The notes under the pieces: generated by a model
What the model was told of the DNA's origin: nothing
The model's database searches: none
Seen by the model: only the letters and a program-made list of their open reading frames with translations
Part shown: positions 1-11,742 of the stretch, piece by piece
Position numbering within the stretch: the stretch's first letter is position 1
Layout of the letters: each line of letters opens with the position of its first letter
Assembly: GCA_964016885.1 (NCBI GenBank)
Contig: OZ024747.1
Location: 39,618,001 to 39,682,000, forward strand
Source: Eledone cirrhosa
Taxonomy: Eukaryota
Reading direction: 5' to 3'
DNA length: 64,000 nt
Translations under genes and position numbers: made by a program

Positions 1-54
1 CATACATACATACATACATACATACATACATACATACATACATACATACATACA
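1..54. repeat. (CATA)n microsatellite
   Basis: Perfect tetranucleotide run. Confidence 0.95.
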
Positions 55-1110
55 TGTGTGTGTGCATGAGTAAATGTATTTGTAAATCTGTCTTTCTGTT
101 CACTTGTTGAAACTACAATATTAAACTCATCAGTATATAGATTATACTTTTTTTTCTCTAATGTTAAATACTCATACATAAGTGTATTGAAGCAGACAAG
201 GAATGAGTCACTCCTGTATAGATATTGATCATTTTTGCATTGAAAATATACAATAAATTGAAGTAATTAATCGTTGATTTATAGAAAATCTTATTTATAT
301 TGTTGGTTTCCTTTGCAAAACTATACGCGGGGGAAGTTGCTAATTCTTGTACGTAAGAATTATTTCATTTTTGATGTATTTTATCCCCGTGTCAGTTCTA
401 CTCAAAATGAGGTATGATCAAAGCCGATCCAAATGTGAACATCAAATATTTATATATGTAGGTCCACATTGGGTAACATTTCCTTCCTTTTATAAAACGC
501 CACTATATGGTTTGAAGGACATTAGAATTTTAATTTACGCAGAACGACGAGAAATCATAGATTCCCTCTTTTTCTTGTTTATTACGTTAACATATTGTCT
601 CGTTTGATGCACATGTGCATATATATATGGCATGCGGGTTCCAGGTCTAAATATCTTTGATCGCCGAAAGATATAATCACCATCCATATTCATTTCGCGG
701 ATGACGCCATTCTTATGATGATATAGCCTGTTGGATAGAAATAGTAATTTTCTTATCTGATGTTGTGGAATAATCAAAGTAACACAGAGAACAATTGATC
801 AACACTGCAGGTGTTCAAAGGAAGCAGTGTGGTAGTAATAAAAGTAAATGTTATGGAAATGCATTTACTGTGCGAAAAAGGAAAATTATCAAGATTGTTG
901 GCTCAGATTATTTATCAGAATAGATAACAGACTGTATTCTACTGATTCTGGATTATACGTTACAAGCATACACCCTATAATATATGTGAGGTAGTACTGT
1001 ATTCCTGTGGCTTACACATACATATATATACTCACACACACACATATATGTATATATATATATATTAAAATACAAATATTAATAAAATAGATGTTCTTTT
1101 GATCAATTAC

Positions 1111-1163
1111 ATTTTATTATACATATTTCGGATGTACAACAGTACGTCCTCATCAGACAAAAT
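1111..1163 (-). ncRNA. Minimal type I hammerhead ribozyme
   Basis: Minus strand: ATTTTGT CTGATGA GGACGTAC-TGTT-GTACATCC GAAA TATGT ATA ATAAAAT. Confidence 0.85.
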
Positions 1164-3025
1164 ATAATGATATATGACATATATAGGATAAGATTTAATC
1201 AAGGTAGTGATTAACCTAAGAGAAAATTTAACATTTATACCCTAATAATGAGAAAATGCGAAAACGTAATAAATTCAATAGAGAATGTGTGAGTAAGAAA
1301 AACGTTGGTTAATGTGACAGCTATAGAGATTTTAAAATGTATGATACTACAAGTTATGTTTAACTAGGAAAACATCTCATGAATTATAACAGTCAATGAG
1401 AGCCACTGAAATAAGATTTATAGAGAGGGAAAGAGAAGGAGATTTTTTCCGAGAGTTAAACGGTTAAGTTTAAAAATACTTAATTTATGCTATTTTAGGG
1501 TGAAGAATCAAGATTTTAGGGTTTTTTTTTAAATTGCTGGTTATTTATATTTATTAGTTTTGTAAATTCTATAAGTGTGTTAACATTTCTAAACTTCTGA
1601 ATGTTATGAGGATAACATTTAAAGGATTTAGCTGGCCAGCGAAAAGGAAAGTTTACACTGTTGAATATTTTCCTAAATGTAAACTTTAACGAAGATAATC
1701 AATGTCAACATATTCAGTATGTTAAACTTATGAAGTACTTATTGTTAGAAATATTTAAATAAGGATTATGTATATAGAGATATATTAATGAGCCAGTATA
1801 TTTTAGGTAAATGATAACGAAAATAAAAATAAAATAATAGATTGAGGCATGCTAAAGTTAAATATATACCTATATATAACAGAGTGTAAATGCATTCATT
1901 ATTCATAGTTCAAAATAAATAATAATCACGAAATTTAGAAGTTAGCTAAAAATTATGTATAGAAAGATACAGGGAGGTATATATGGATATATATTAGGTA
2001 TTAGTGATAGAGTATACTTTAGGTAAATGATAACGGTTATAATTTTATATAATAAAATTCGACGTGTTACAGTTAAATACATACATATATATAAGAAAAA
2101 ACAATAATAAATGCATGGATAATTCAGAGTTCAAAATAAGGTCTATAATAATTTATATTTTGGATATTTCCTCTATATTTGAATCATGGATATAAAAATG
2201 CAGTAGGTATATTTAAAAACTTAGAATATATAATTACATACATATTATAAATAAGCGATCAAAAATGTAAACGCATGAAAGATTCACAGTTAGAAATAAG
2301 TTCCGTAAAAATGTATGGGTTGGATATTAAACTAAAATTTAAAACTTAGATAGGAAGATAAAGATAGAGAAATAAAGAAATAATGGTATGGATCAAAGTT
2401 AATAATATTATGTTATGTATATCAATGTCCCGGCGTGTTATTGAACAAGTGTCTTTCATAAGAGCGTTATTTCTTCTATAGATAGTTATAAGATAATGCA
2501 ATATTAAAGGCCATTAATGTTTTTCCCTGTTGATTATATACGTCTGACAACCAAGTTTTAATGGTTATACACCCTGTTTTATATATAGGTATATATTTAA
2601 CTTTATTTTCGTTATCATTTACCTAAAATAACTGGCTCATTAATATATATCTATATACATAATCCTTATTTAAATATTTCTAACAATAAGTACTTCATAA
2701 GCTTTACATACCGAATATGTTGACATCGATTACACTGGTCAACAAAAAAATATTCATTTCATGGTTCTGGTATAATTTAGTATGATTCTAGGGTAATCAA
2801 GTGTGCAGAATCTGAATATGACAACGGTTAAGCTGTATCGGGTTTAGTTTTCGAGAACCAGCATATCCATGTTTATGACCCATAGCTATGTGGCTCATAT
2901 TACTTCATCCAATTGTATCCACTATATTTAGTTGTTAACTAATTCATACTTACTGCTTTTGTTTCAGATCACAGAATTGTAACTATCCTCAGCTATTCTT
3001 GGATAATTCACAACAACTTTGACTA

Positions 3026-4349
3026 GTGGGAGAGATGGAACGCCGGAAATGTGTAAATGACTCGGACCGATTTTGCTATATTTGTGGACTCTTTACCCCA
3101 GAAAGCATAAAGAAACCAATCACAAAAGCAGTTCGAGTAAACTACAAATGCTACTTCAAATCTCCGTTAGGAGACCAGGACAATAAATGGGTGCCTCATA
3201 TAGCGTGTAGGTCATGTGTTAATCACCTAAGTGAATGGAAGAATGAGAAACGAAGCTCTGGTTTGCCATTTGCCGTACCAATGGTGTGGCGAGAACCAAA
3301 AGAACACGATAACGATTGCTACTTCTGCCATATAAACATCCAAGGAATAACTGTGAAGACACAAACTACACTTCAATACCCGATATCTCGTCAGCAATCC
3401 TGCTGAACACGAGCTAATCTCTGATTCTGATTCCAGTAGCACCCCTATTGATGATGACTATCAAGACGAACATAAGACAAGTGAACCCATACCATTTAAC
3501 CAGGAAACGCTTCACGATCTCATTAGAGACCTACATTTGTCTAAAGAAAAGGCAGAGCTCCTGGGATCAAGACTGAAGCAACGAAACCTGCTGGAACCTG
3601 GCGTCGGCATTACAACCGCTCGTCATCGTCATAAACAACTTAATTAGTCTACTTCTAGGTCTTCAGACTGGTTACACAAAGCATATGTGTTTTCTATGTT
3701 TGTGGAATAGTAGAGCAGATGCGGAGCACTACATGAAGAAGGATTGACCAACAAGACCAAAGGATGCACCCGGTAGATCCAACTGTCTGTACAAACCTCT
3801 TGTGGATCCAGAAAAAGTATTCCTCCCTCCATTACATCTCAAATTAGGCTTGGCCAAAAACTTTATTAAAAGCATGGATCATACGTGTAATGGGTTTCAG
3901 TACTTGTGTAAGAAATTGGGTAGAGTGGTATCTGAAGCAAAGTTAAAAGCAGGGTTTTTGAATGGTCCTCAGATTCGTATGCTGGTTAATGATGGTGAGT
4001 TTACGAAAATACTAAACCCTTTGGAGACTAATGCATGGAAATCATTTGTAGATGTGACACAGAACTTGGAAACCACCGTGCAGACAACTATAAAGAAATT
4101 GTTGAAACCATGATACAAAATTAGCGCGCTCTGGGTTCATGAATGTCGTTGAAGCTTCATTTCTTCCCAAGTAATCTAGGAGACATCAGTGATGAACATG
4201 GACAGAGGTTTCACCAGGACATTGCCATAATGGAGAGTAGGTATCAGGGTCGGTTCAATCCCAACATGATGGGCGACTACTGCTGGACACTGCAACGTGA
4301 GGAGAGCCAGCAAAACAAGCGTAAAAGCAAAATCCAGATATTTTTTTAG
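3026..4349 (+). pseudogene. Chapaev3 transposase, frameshifted and internally deleted
   Basis: Chapa-domain motifs FCYICG, LGDQDNKWVPHIAC, PMVWREPKEHDNDCYFC; later LPPLHLKLGL and SDEHGQRFHQDI. Confidence 0.88.
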
Positions 4350-4819
4350 AAATGTTTTGAAATATTTTCTTGTGTTCAGAATGTTGTTCAGAAATGTTTT
4401 GTTAATATACTAAGTGTTAAAAAAATAAATAAAAATATGTTTATATATCCAAAATTAAATTAAGGGTTGTCATGTCTGAGAGACATGCGCCATATCCACT
4501 ATGAGTAAGCTCAAAGATTCCAATGAATAGATCCGAGCATTTCATATCAACGAGAAATAGATTGACATATATATATATAAAATAAACATATGGAACAATC
4601 ACAGGGAATAATTTGCAAAGTATGTAAGCACACATAGCTAGGTAGGTAACCAGTTTAACTAGAACTTCAAATATAGATACCTTTTAAAATGATTAATCTC
4701 CTTTGTATATATTTCTATGGGATGACGCTGTGCGATGTGTGTATTTTTTAAAAATGCAACACGTGGTTCGAGTCATTCACAGATTTGCATTTGCTTTGTA
4801 AACGCAGATAGTTGGATCT

Positions 4820-4913
4820 TCTCCTTTGGTGACCATCCAGGATTTGACTACTATGATTTATTGATTAATTGGTGAAATATATTTTTTATTTAAAGAAATA
4901 TATACAAAGGAGA
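4820..4913 (+). ncRNA. Putative hammerhead, G3:C8 core variant (copy 1)
   Basis: TCTCCTTTG GTGACCA ... GAAA TAT ATA CAAAGGAGA; perfect 9-bp stem I; stem II weak. Confidence 0.55.
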
Positions 4914-5031
4914 ATAATCATTTTAAAAGGTATCTATATTTGAAGTTCTAGTTAAACTTTAACTGGTTACCTACCTAGCTATGTGTGCTTACATACTTTA
5001 CAAAGTATTCCCTGTGATTGTTCCATATGTT

Positions 5032-5072
<41 letters not shown>

Positions 5073-5381
5073 AATCTATTTCTAGTTGATATGAAATGCT
5101 CGGATCTATTCATTGGAATCTTTGAGCTTATTCTGCAGTGGATTTGGCGCATGTCTCTCAGACATGACAACCCTTAATTTAATTTTGGATATATATATAT
5201 AGCCCCTTAATTGTAGAGCTAACTCAGTTGAATGGACTCGGCTGCCATTTCTAGCTGTCGATAATCCTATTCAGGTCACTGGGATGACGCTGTGCGATGT
5301 GCGTATTTTTAAAAAATGCATCCCGTGGTTCGAGTCATTCACAGATTTGCATTTGCTTTGTAAACGCAGATAGTTGGATCT

Positions 5382-5475
5382 TCTCCTTTGGTGACCATCA
5401 AGGATTTGACTACTGTGATTTACTAATTAATTGGTGAAATATATTTTTTATTTAAAGAAATATATACAAAGGAGA
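5382..5475 (+). ncRNA. Putative hammerhead, G3:C8 core variant (copy 2)
   Basis: Same motif 562 nt downstream. Confidence 0.55.
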
Positions 5476-6392
5476 TTAATCATGTTAAAAGGTATTTATA
5501 TTTAAGTTCTAGTTAAACTTTAATTGGTTACCTACCTAGCTATGTGTGCTTACATACTTTACAAATTATTCCCTGTGATTGTTCCATATGTGTATTTTAT
5601 AAAAATATGTTTATATATTTTTATTAATAAGTTAATATGTTTATATCTAAGTCATCATATGTTACACAATGGATAAATAATGAAATACGAGGAATATATT
5701 TTCGATCTCATATTAAGGCATTCTGGTCCGATAGCAAAAAATGAATATTAAAACTGAATTTAGTGCTATGAAATTAGTAAGATGCACATATTCACATGTA
5801 AGAACCATTTTGGTTGTTGACCAGTGTTATCTTCGTTAAAGTTTACATTTTGGAAAATATTCAACAGTGTAAACTTTCCTTTTCGCTGGCCAGCTAAATC
5901 CTTTAAATGTTATCCTCATAAAATTCAGAAGTTTAGAAATGTTAACACACTTATAGAATTTACAAAACTAATAAATATAAATAACCAGCAATTTTAAAAA
6001 AAACCTAAAATCTTGATTCTTCACTCTAAAATAGCATAAATTAAGTATTTTCAAACTTACCCGTTTAACTTTCGGAAAAAATCTCCTTCTGCATATATTA
6101 CCCCCCTTATCTTTCCCTCTCTATAAATCTTATTTCAGTGGCTCTCATTGACTGTTATAATTCATGAGATGTTTTCCTAGTTAAACATAACTTGTAGTAT
6201 CATACATATTAAAATCTCTATAGCTGTCACATTAACCAACGTTTTTCTTACTCACACATTCTCTATTGAATTTATTACGTTTTCGCATTTTCTCATTATT
6301 AGGGTATAAATGTTAAATTTTCTCTTAGGTTAATCACTACCTTGATTAAATATTAACCATTTAACATCTCAGGGTATGTCATGTATCATTAT

Positions 6393-6445
6393 ATTTTGTC
6401 TGATGAGGACGTACTGGTGTACATCCGAAATATGTATAATAAAAT
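6393..6445 (+). ncRNA. Minimal type I hammerhead ribozyme
   Basis: ATTTTGT CTGATGA GGACGTAC TGGT GTACATCC GAAA TATGT ATA ATAAAAT. Confidence 0.85.
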
Positions 6446-6656
6446 GTAAGTGATCAAAAGAACATCTATTTTATTAATATTTGTATTTTAATATTAATAA
6501 CTCTGGAAAATTATTCACCGTAGAGTGCTTCTAATCTACTGTAAAACTCATTCTTTGATATACTCATTTAATCTTGTTTAACTATTTAATATATGTATAT
6601 ATATATATATATGAAAAAGAACACAAGAGCGTCTACAACATCAAAAGATTTTTATT

Positions 6657-6713
6657 GGCTTACAATGTTTCTTCCTTACGTAACCGTAGGATTCGTCAGA
6701 GCTATAAAAGGGG
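6657..6713 (-). ncRNA. Hammerhead ribozyme
   Basis: Minus strand: GCT CTGACGA ATCCTACG GTTA CGTAAGGAA GAAAC ATT GTA AGC. Confidence 0.7.
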
Positions 6714-7202
6714 TTTGATTGGTGTTATGGACTCTACCGACCAAACATTCAAGAACAAAGAGTAAAGAGAGTAAAGAGCAAAAGTAGGGGACGATAAGTC
6801 TAATTTTGGTGCGGGAGGGTGGGGTGTGGGTCCTTGTTTACTAGCTGCGGTCATATACATTCCCGGGAGTCGGGTGGTTATCTGAACCATAGATGGGGTG
6901 GCGTCGATAGTATGGTGCAGAGGGTGCGCAGAGGCTACACAAACACAAAGGGCATACAATATATATATATATATATAGCGGAGGAGAAAGTACATGAGGT
7001 AATTAGAAATGGAAAAAGAGTAATAATAATAATCTATAATTAATATTACTCTTTTTCCATTTAAAGTTGTTGGCATACAAGAAGTAAATATTTTTATAAC
7101 TGATATAAAGCATTCGACAAGTTTTTGGAGTAGATATACGATATTAATAAATGGATACGTCAAAGGGTACGTCAAAGCTATTTGTAAAACTGTTATATAT
7201 TA

Positions 7203-7267
7203 TATTTTGTCTGATGAAGGCATACCATAATTTAATATGGTATCCCTGAAATATGTATAATGAAATA
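7203..7267 (+). ncRNA. Minimal hammerhead in a fold-back repeat (inverted partial copy at ~7060-7155)
   Basis: TATTTTGT CTGATGA AGGCATACCATA ATTTAA TATGGTATCCCT GAAA TATGT ATA ATGAAATA; relatives at 38493 and 49410. Confidence 0.85.
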
Positions 7268-7306
7268 AATATGCTTTTATAAATATAGTTTCCATTTATT
7301 AATATC

Positions 7307-7384
<78 letters not shown>

Positions 7385-7543
7385 CAATAAAGAGAGATAA
7401 ACACAGATATATAAATATATGCGTTCAAATCACGGGAAAAAAAACGCCAGGTTGAGGTAAATATTGACTAAAGATAATACGGTTCGCAAGACTCAATGAA
7501 CAGGATAAATTAAGATTTACAAACCGATTATGATAACTATCAA

Positions 7544-7619
7544 CATCCAGACAGCTTTGGGTAGAACTGTTTCGCAATTCTGTGGAGGGGTTTAGAGATC
7601 CAATGGTCTTCAGTGGATG
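7544..7619 (-). ncRNA. Type I hammerhead with looped stem III
   Basis: Minus strand: CATCCA CTGAAGA ... GAAACAG TTCTACCCAAAG CTGTC TGGATG; 6-bp stem I, GUC triplet; stem II decayed. Confidence 0.72.
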
Positions 7620-7805
7620 TTCGGATCAGTAATCACCCCACTACTAATTTCATTAGAATGCGCATTTGTTAAGAGAGAGGAATCGCACATGGCACCGCGT
7701 ACTAAAACATTGCACCCATGTCCATTCAACATATTAAAGGCTCAACAGTGGGTTATGAGTTCAATTTATCAAAAGTATATATTGACTTCTTTAAACTCAA
7801 TATAT

Positions 7806-7890
<85 letters not shown>

Positions 7891-8204
7891 AAGTATATTT
7901 TGAGTTTAAAAAACTCAATATATACTCTTGATAAATTGAGCTCCTAAGCCATTGTTGAGCCTTTATTTTGGAAAGAGGGATGTATTTAATTATGTCTCAT
8001 ATAAAATAACACAACTGGCTATCCGCAAAATACGTATAGTTAGCACCCCAAACGTATAATTGGGATTATACTAAGGTATATCCTAATGTTTGTTGAGTGA
8101 GACGGAAGTCGGTCGGAGTATTGCTTAAAGCTTTCTCTGTTAATGCATATATATATATATATATATATATATGTGAGTGTGTGTGTGTGTGTGTTGGGGG
8201 GCTG

Positions 8205-8235
<31 letters not shown>

Positions 8236-8291
8236 ATATATAATATTATTCAAAATATTAATAAATGAGAAATATCGTAACCAAAGTATAT

Positions 8292-8350
8292 ATTTTATTA
8301 TACATATTTCAAAGGTACAATGGTGTTTCAGTACGTTTTCATCAGATAAA
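8292..8350 (-). ncRNA. Minimal hammerhead (same family as 6393)
   Basis: Minus strand: TTTAT CTGATGA AAACGTAC...GTACCTTT GAAA TATGT ATA ATAAA. Confidence 0.75.
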
Positions 8351-8538
8351 TATATAAGAGATTGGATATGCGACATCCCGCTACGGTATTTGAATCATCA
8401 ATTCCTGTAATGGCAGATACTCAGATATATAACTGATTCTATTCCATTTTATACTCCAGATAAATAATTGTCGAGTGCTTCTAATCTATTGTAAAATTGA
8501 ATTCGTTGAATAATCAACGGACCATATACACTTTTGGT

Positions 8539-8576
<38 letters not shown>

Positions 8577-9144
8577 AAGATGAAGAAGACACAAAACAGG
8601 CTTTGTTTACAGACTGTAAATAAAACCCTTTTTTGTACAGTTGCCCATGTTATTCTTCACTCTTTCGATATTATTACTCCAAGATATACTTATATTATAG
8701 GAATAGAAGAGAAATCATAAACTCGCCACCTACGTAAACCTCTTGTTGAGTCAAACAACGCCGTACGCTAAAACTATTCACAATACGAAGTATTCCTAAC
8801 CTCTAACTAGATTACCTATAACGATATTTTGTTAACCCTTATATATATATAATGTTATTTTGCCCGAGAAAATATCTGTGTGTGTCATCAAATGTTGTAC
8901 ACACATAGATATTTTTTCAATTCCCAATTGAGTTCTGAGCACGTGGCCTGAATTCCTTTTAGAGTTCATTGTCATGCGCATGCATTGTTTTTTTGGCGGT
9001 AATTTACTTCCTCATTTTTGAATCAGTTTGAGCATTTCTTTAGAACTGCTGCACTGGCAACCTGACAGATACCTCAGGCACAGATGATGATTATCGCTAA
9101 ATACTGATGTTGGTTAGATTATCAATATTAGTATTATTGGGGCA

Positions 9145-9271
9145 CCCACTGATGAATTATAGGAGCCCACTTGAATATATATCTATTGATGGTATACAAG
9201 GTCTTGCATAAATTGGTATAATTTAACCCAAATTGTATGAATCCTATAATGAAACGAGACGTCCGTCTGGG
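9145..9271 (+). ncRNA. Type I hammerhead with long stem II insertion
   Basis: CCCA CTGATGA ATTATAGGA [~77 nt] TCCTATAAT GAAACG AGACGTC CGTC TGGG; downstream 9290-9440 is related to 7990-8140. Confidence 0.85.
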
Positions 9272-9442
9272 AAGAGATATATTCGATATGTCTCATATGA
9301 AATAATACAGCCAATTTTCCACGCAATACTTTTAGTTAGCACCCCGAACGCATAATTGGGAATATAATCACTTATTTCCTAATGTTTGTTGAGTGAGTTG
9401 GAATTTGGCCGGAGTATCGCTAAAAAGCTTTCTCCGATACTG

Positions 9443-9445
<3 letters not shown>

Positions 9446-9532
<87 letters not shown>

Positions 9533-9560
9533 GAGAGAGAGAGAGAGAGTGAGAGAGAGA
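9446..9560. repeat. (TA)n(GA)n compound microsatellite
   Basis: Direct reading. Confidence 0.95.
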
Positions 9561-9605
9561 ATAAAAGAGAAAACACGAGTAAGCATTAAAAAAAGGATTT
9601 TATCC

Positions 9606-9712
9606 ACCTATTTACGACCGTTTCATTGGTAAGGGCAATCTTATATTGCTATACTACAAATAGAAGCCACTCAATAATAATTGTTGTTCACGTCCAAATT
9701 TTCAAAATAGTG
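9606..9712 (-). ncRNA. Putative U3:A8 hammerhead, long stem II
   Basis: Minus strand: CTATT TTGAAAA TTTGG...CCAAT GAAACG GT CGTA AATAG. Confidence 0.55.
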
Positions 9713-10312
9713 AATAAGTTACTCTTAAAAAGTTCTTAATATATAGAGAAAAACATTTTTTTTTTGGGGGGGGGGATTGTATTTACTAGTATAGAGAGAG
9801 AGGAAGAGGAATTAGAAAGTGGATTGACAAACGGAGTAGTATAGAGAGAGAGGGAGGGTAGAAGAAGTAGGAAGTAGAGTGACAAACTGAGATGGAGTGA
9901 GGGGTAGAGGTGGAAGGATTCCTCGATCAGTTTTCATTCGTAGACTTCATGTCGTCGATTTACAGTGTAGGGAGTTAAAGAGAATTAAATTGTTTATAGT
10001 GGGAGGGATGGAGAGAGAGAGAGCGAGAGAGAGAGAGAGACAGGGGGGGGGGAGAAAGAGAGATAAATATATATATAAAAAAAGTCTACGAATCAAAACT
10101 GATCGAGTAATCCTTCCACCTATGCCCCCCCCCTCCATCTCAGTTTGTCACTCTACTTCCTAAGACTTCTCCCTCTTCCTCTCTCTCTATACTACTCCGT
10201 TTGTCAAACCCTTTCTAATTCCTCTTCCTCTCTCTCTATACTAGTAAATACAATTCCAAATTAAAAAAAAGTGTTTTTCTATATATTAAGAACTTGTTAA
10301 GAGTAACTAATT

Positions 10313-10418
10313 CACTGTTTTGAAAATTTGGACGCGTACAACAATTATTATTGAGTGGCTGCTATTTGCAGTATAGCAATATAAGGTTGCACTTACCAAT
10401 GAAACGGTCGTAAATACC
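10313..10418 (+). ncRNA. Putative U3:A8 hammerhead, long stem II (mirror copy)
   Basis: TGTT TTGAAAA TTTGG...CCAAT GAAACGGTCGTA AATA. Confidence 0.5.
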
Positions 10419-10659
10419 TGGATAAAATCCTTTTTTTTTAATGCCTACCTGTGTTTTCTCTTTTATCCTTTATACTCCAAGATTGAACGTGATTCTTACA
10501 AACTTGTGGAGTCACCCCTAACCGTACGTTGAAACCGTCCATGAAACTGGCTTTCTTAACCAAGAACTGGATTACAATAAGCAATTTTCTACTTCCCTAA
10601 CTATATATATATATTTATATATATGTATATATATAATAATATATGTATATATATATAAC

Positions 10660-10800
<141 letters not shown>

Positions 10801-11308
10801 CTGTGTGTCTGTGTCTGTATATGTGTCTCTTTGCGTGAGACAGATTTTATCTGTTTGATTTTGTCTATGGCTGAATGCACCAACGGGTTATATTTTACCT
10901 TTTGAAAGAAAAATAAATATTCCAATTAATATCAATCACATTTGAAGTTAGAATATTATTAAATTATGAGTGTACGTAATGTGAAGTATATATTGCTATA
11001 GCAAGATTGAAATGTCATGTAATTATAATAAACGAGTTGTATAAATGTCAGAAAAGGATTTAGTATCAGGTTATATTATTTGTAAAACAGCAAAAGTAGT
11101 TAAATTATAAAACAAGAAATAAGAAAATAATACCCCATTATAATAGAAATATACCAGGACTTAGCTACTTGCCAGACAAAGATTATTGATGATGCCAGAC
11201 ATGGCTTTCTGTAAACTTGATTACAGAAAACTGTTAAATTAGTGATTGACTTTAGCAGCATTTTTTTCTTTATATAATGAGTTGAACGGAATAATAGTCT
11301 ATGTGTAT

Positions 11309-11351
<43 letters not shown>

Positions 11352-11531
11352 TCTCTCTCTATATATATACATTTTTATATAAATGTAAGCGTATATATAT
11401 ATATATATATATATAACACCAACAGTTTTGCAAGAGATCTCAACATGAATGGACCTATTATTTTTATCTAAAGACATTTTTTTCCAATTCCATCCCGCCC
11501 GTCCCCTCAATCTATCTTATTTCTCATTCTT

Positions 11532-11566
11532 TCTTCTGATGAAGGACTAGCGTCCGAAACGTTACT
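11532..11566 (+). ncRNA. Minimal hammerhead in a pLTR-like repeat (11420-11655) upstream of the PLE ORF
   Basis: TCTT CTGATGA A GGAC TAGC GTCC GAAAC GTT; stem I partner mutated; inverted relative at 32081-32310. Confidence 0.7.
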
Positions 11567-11742
11567 ATCCTCTTCCTGCTATATCAAGCGTTAACCTAAT
11601 ATATACCTTCCATATACTGTAACGATTGTGTTGTTATTTATGTTTACCTTTTACATACACACCCATACTCCCTCGTAAATACCTAATTAAAGAAATTGCA
11701 GGAGAGTCACAAGAAGAAACAAAACTCTGACGGGAACTTACA

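Larger units (their letters stand above)
4441..5600. mobile_element. Inverted plus tandem (562-nt period) repeat inserted in the Chapaev3 3' region
   Basis: 4719-5040 repeats at 5281-5600; 4441-4715 is an inverted copy; AAAAATATGTTTATATAT at both edges may be a target duplication. Confidence 0.7.
2733..5826 (+). mobile_element. Chapaev3-type (CMC) DNA transposon
   Basis: TIRs CACTGGTCAACAA...TTGTTGACCAGTG; TTA target duplication at 2730-2732 and 5827-5829; empty site visible in the other arm of the host repeat (~1690-1710). Confidence 0.9.
1066..6590. mobile_element. Large fold-back, HHR-bearing PLE-derived element, interrupted by Chapaev3
   Basis: ~1066-1875 is the reverse complement of 2570-2732 joined to 5830-6492; each arm carries the same hammerhead; flanked by (TA)n. 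Confidence 0.75.
9561..10466. mobile_element. Fold-back element, arms 9561-9947 and 10082-10466
   Basis: Arms are diverged reverse complements; each has a U3:A8-like hammerhead. Confidence 0.75.

Noticed and set aside
347-990. Short ORFs and a possible exon after CTGCAG at 810
   Set aside because: Stops in all frames and no recognisable domain.
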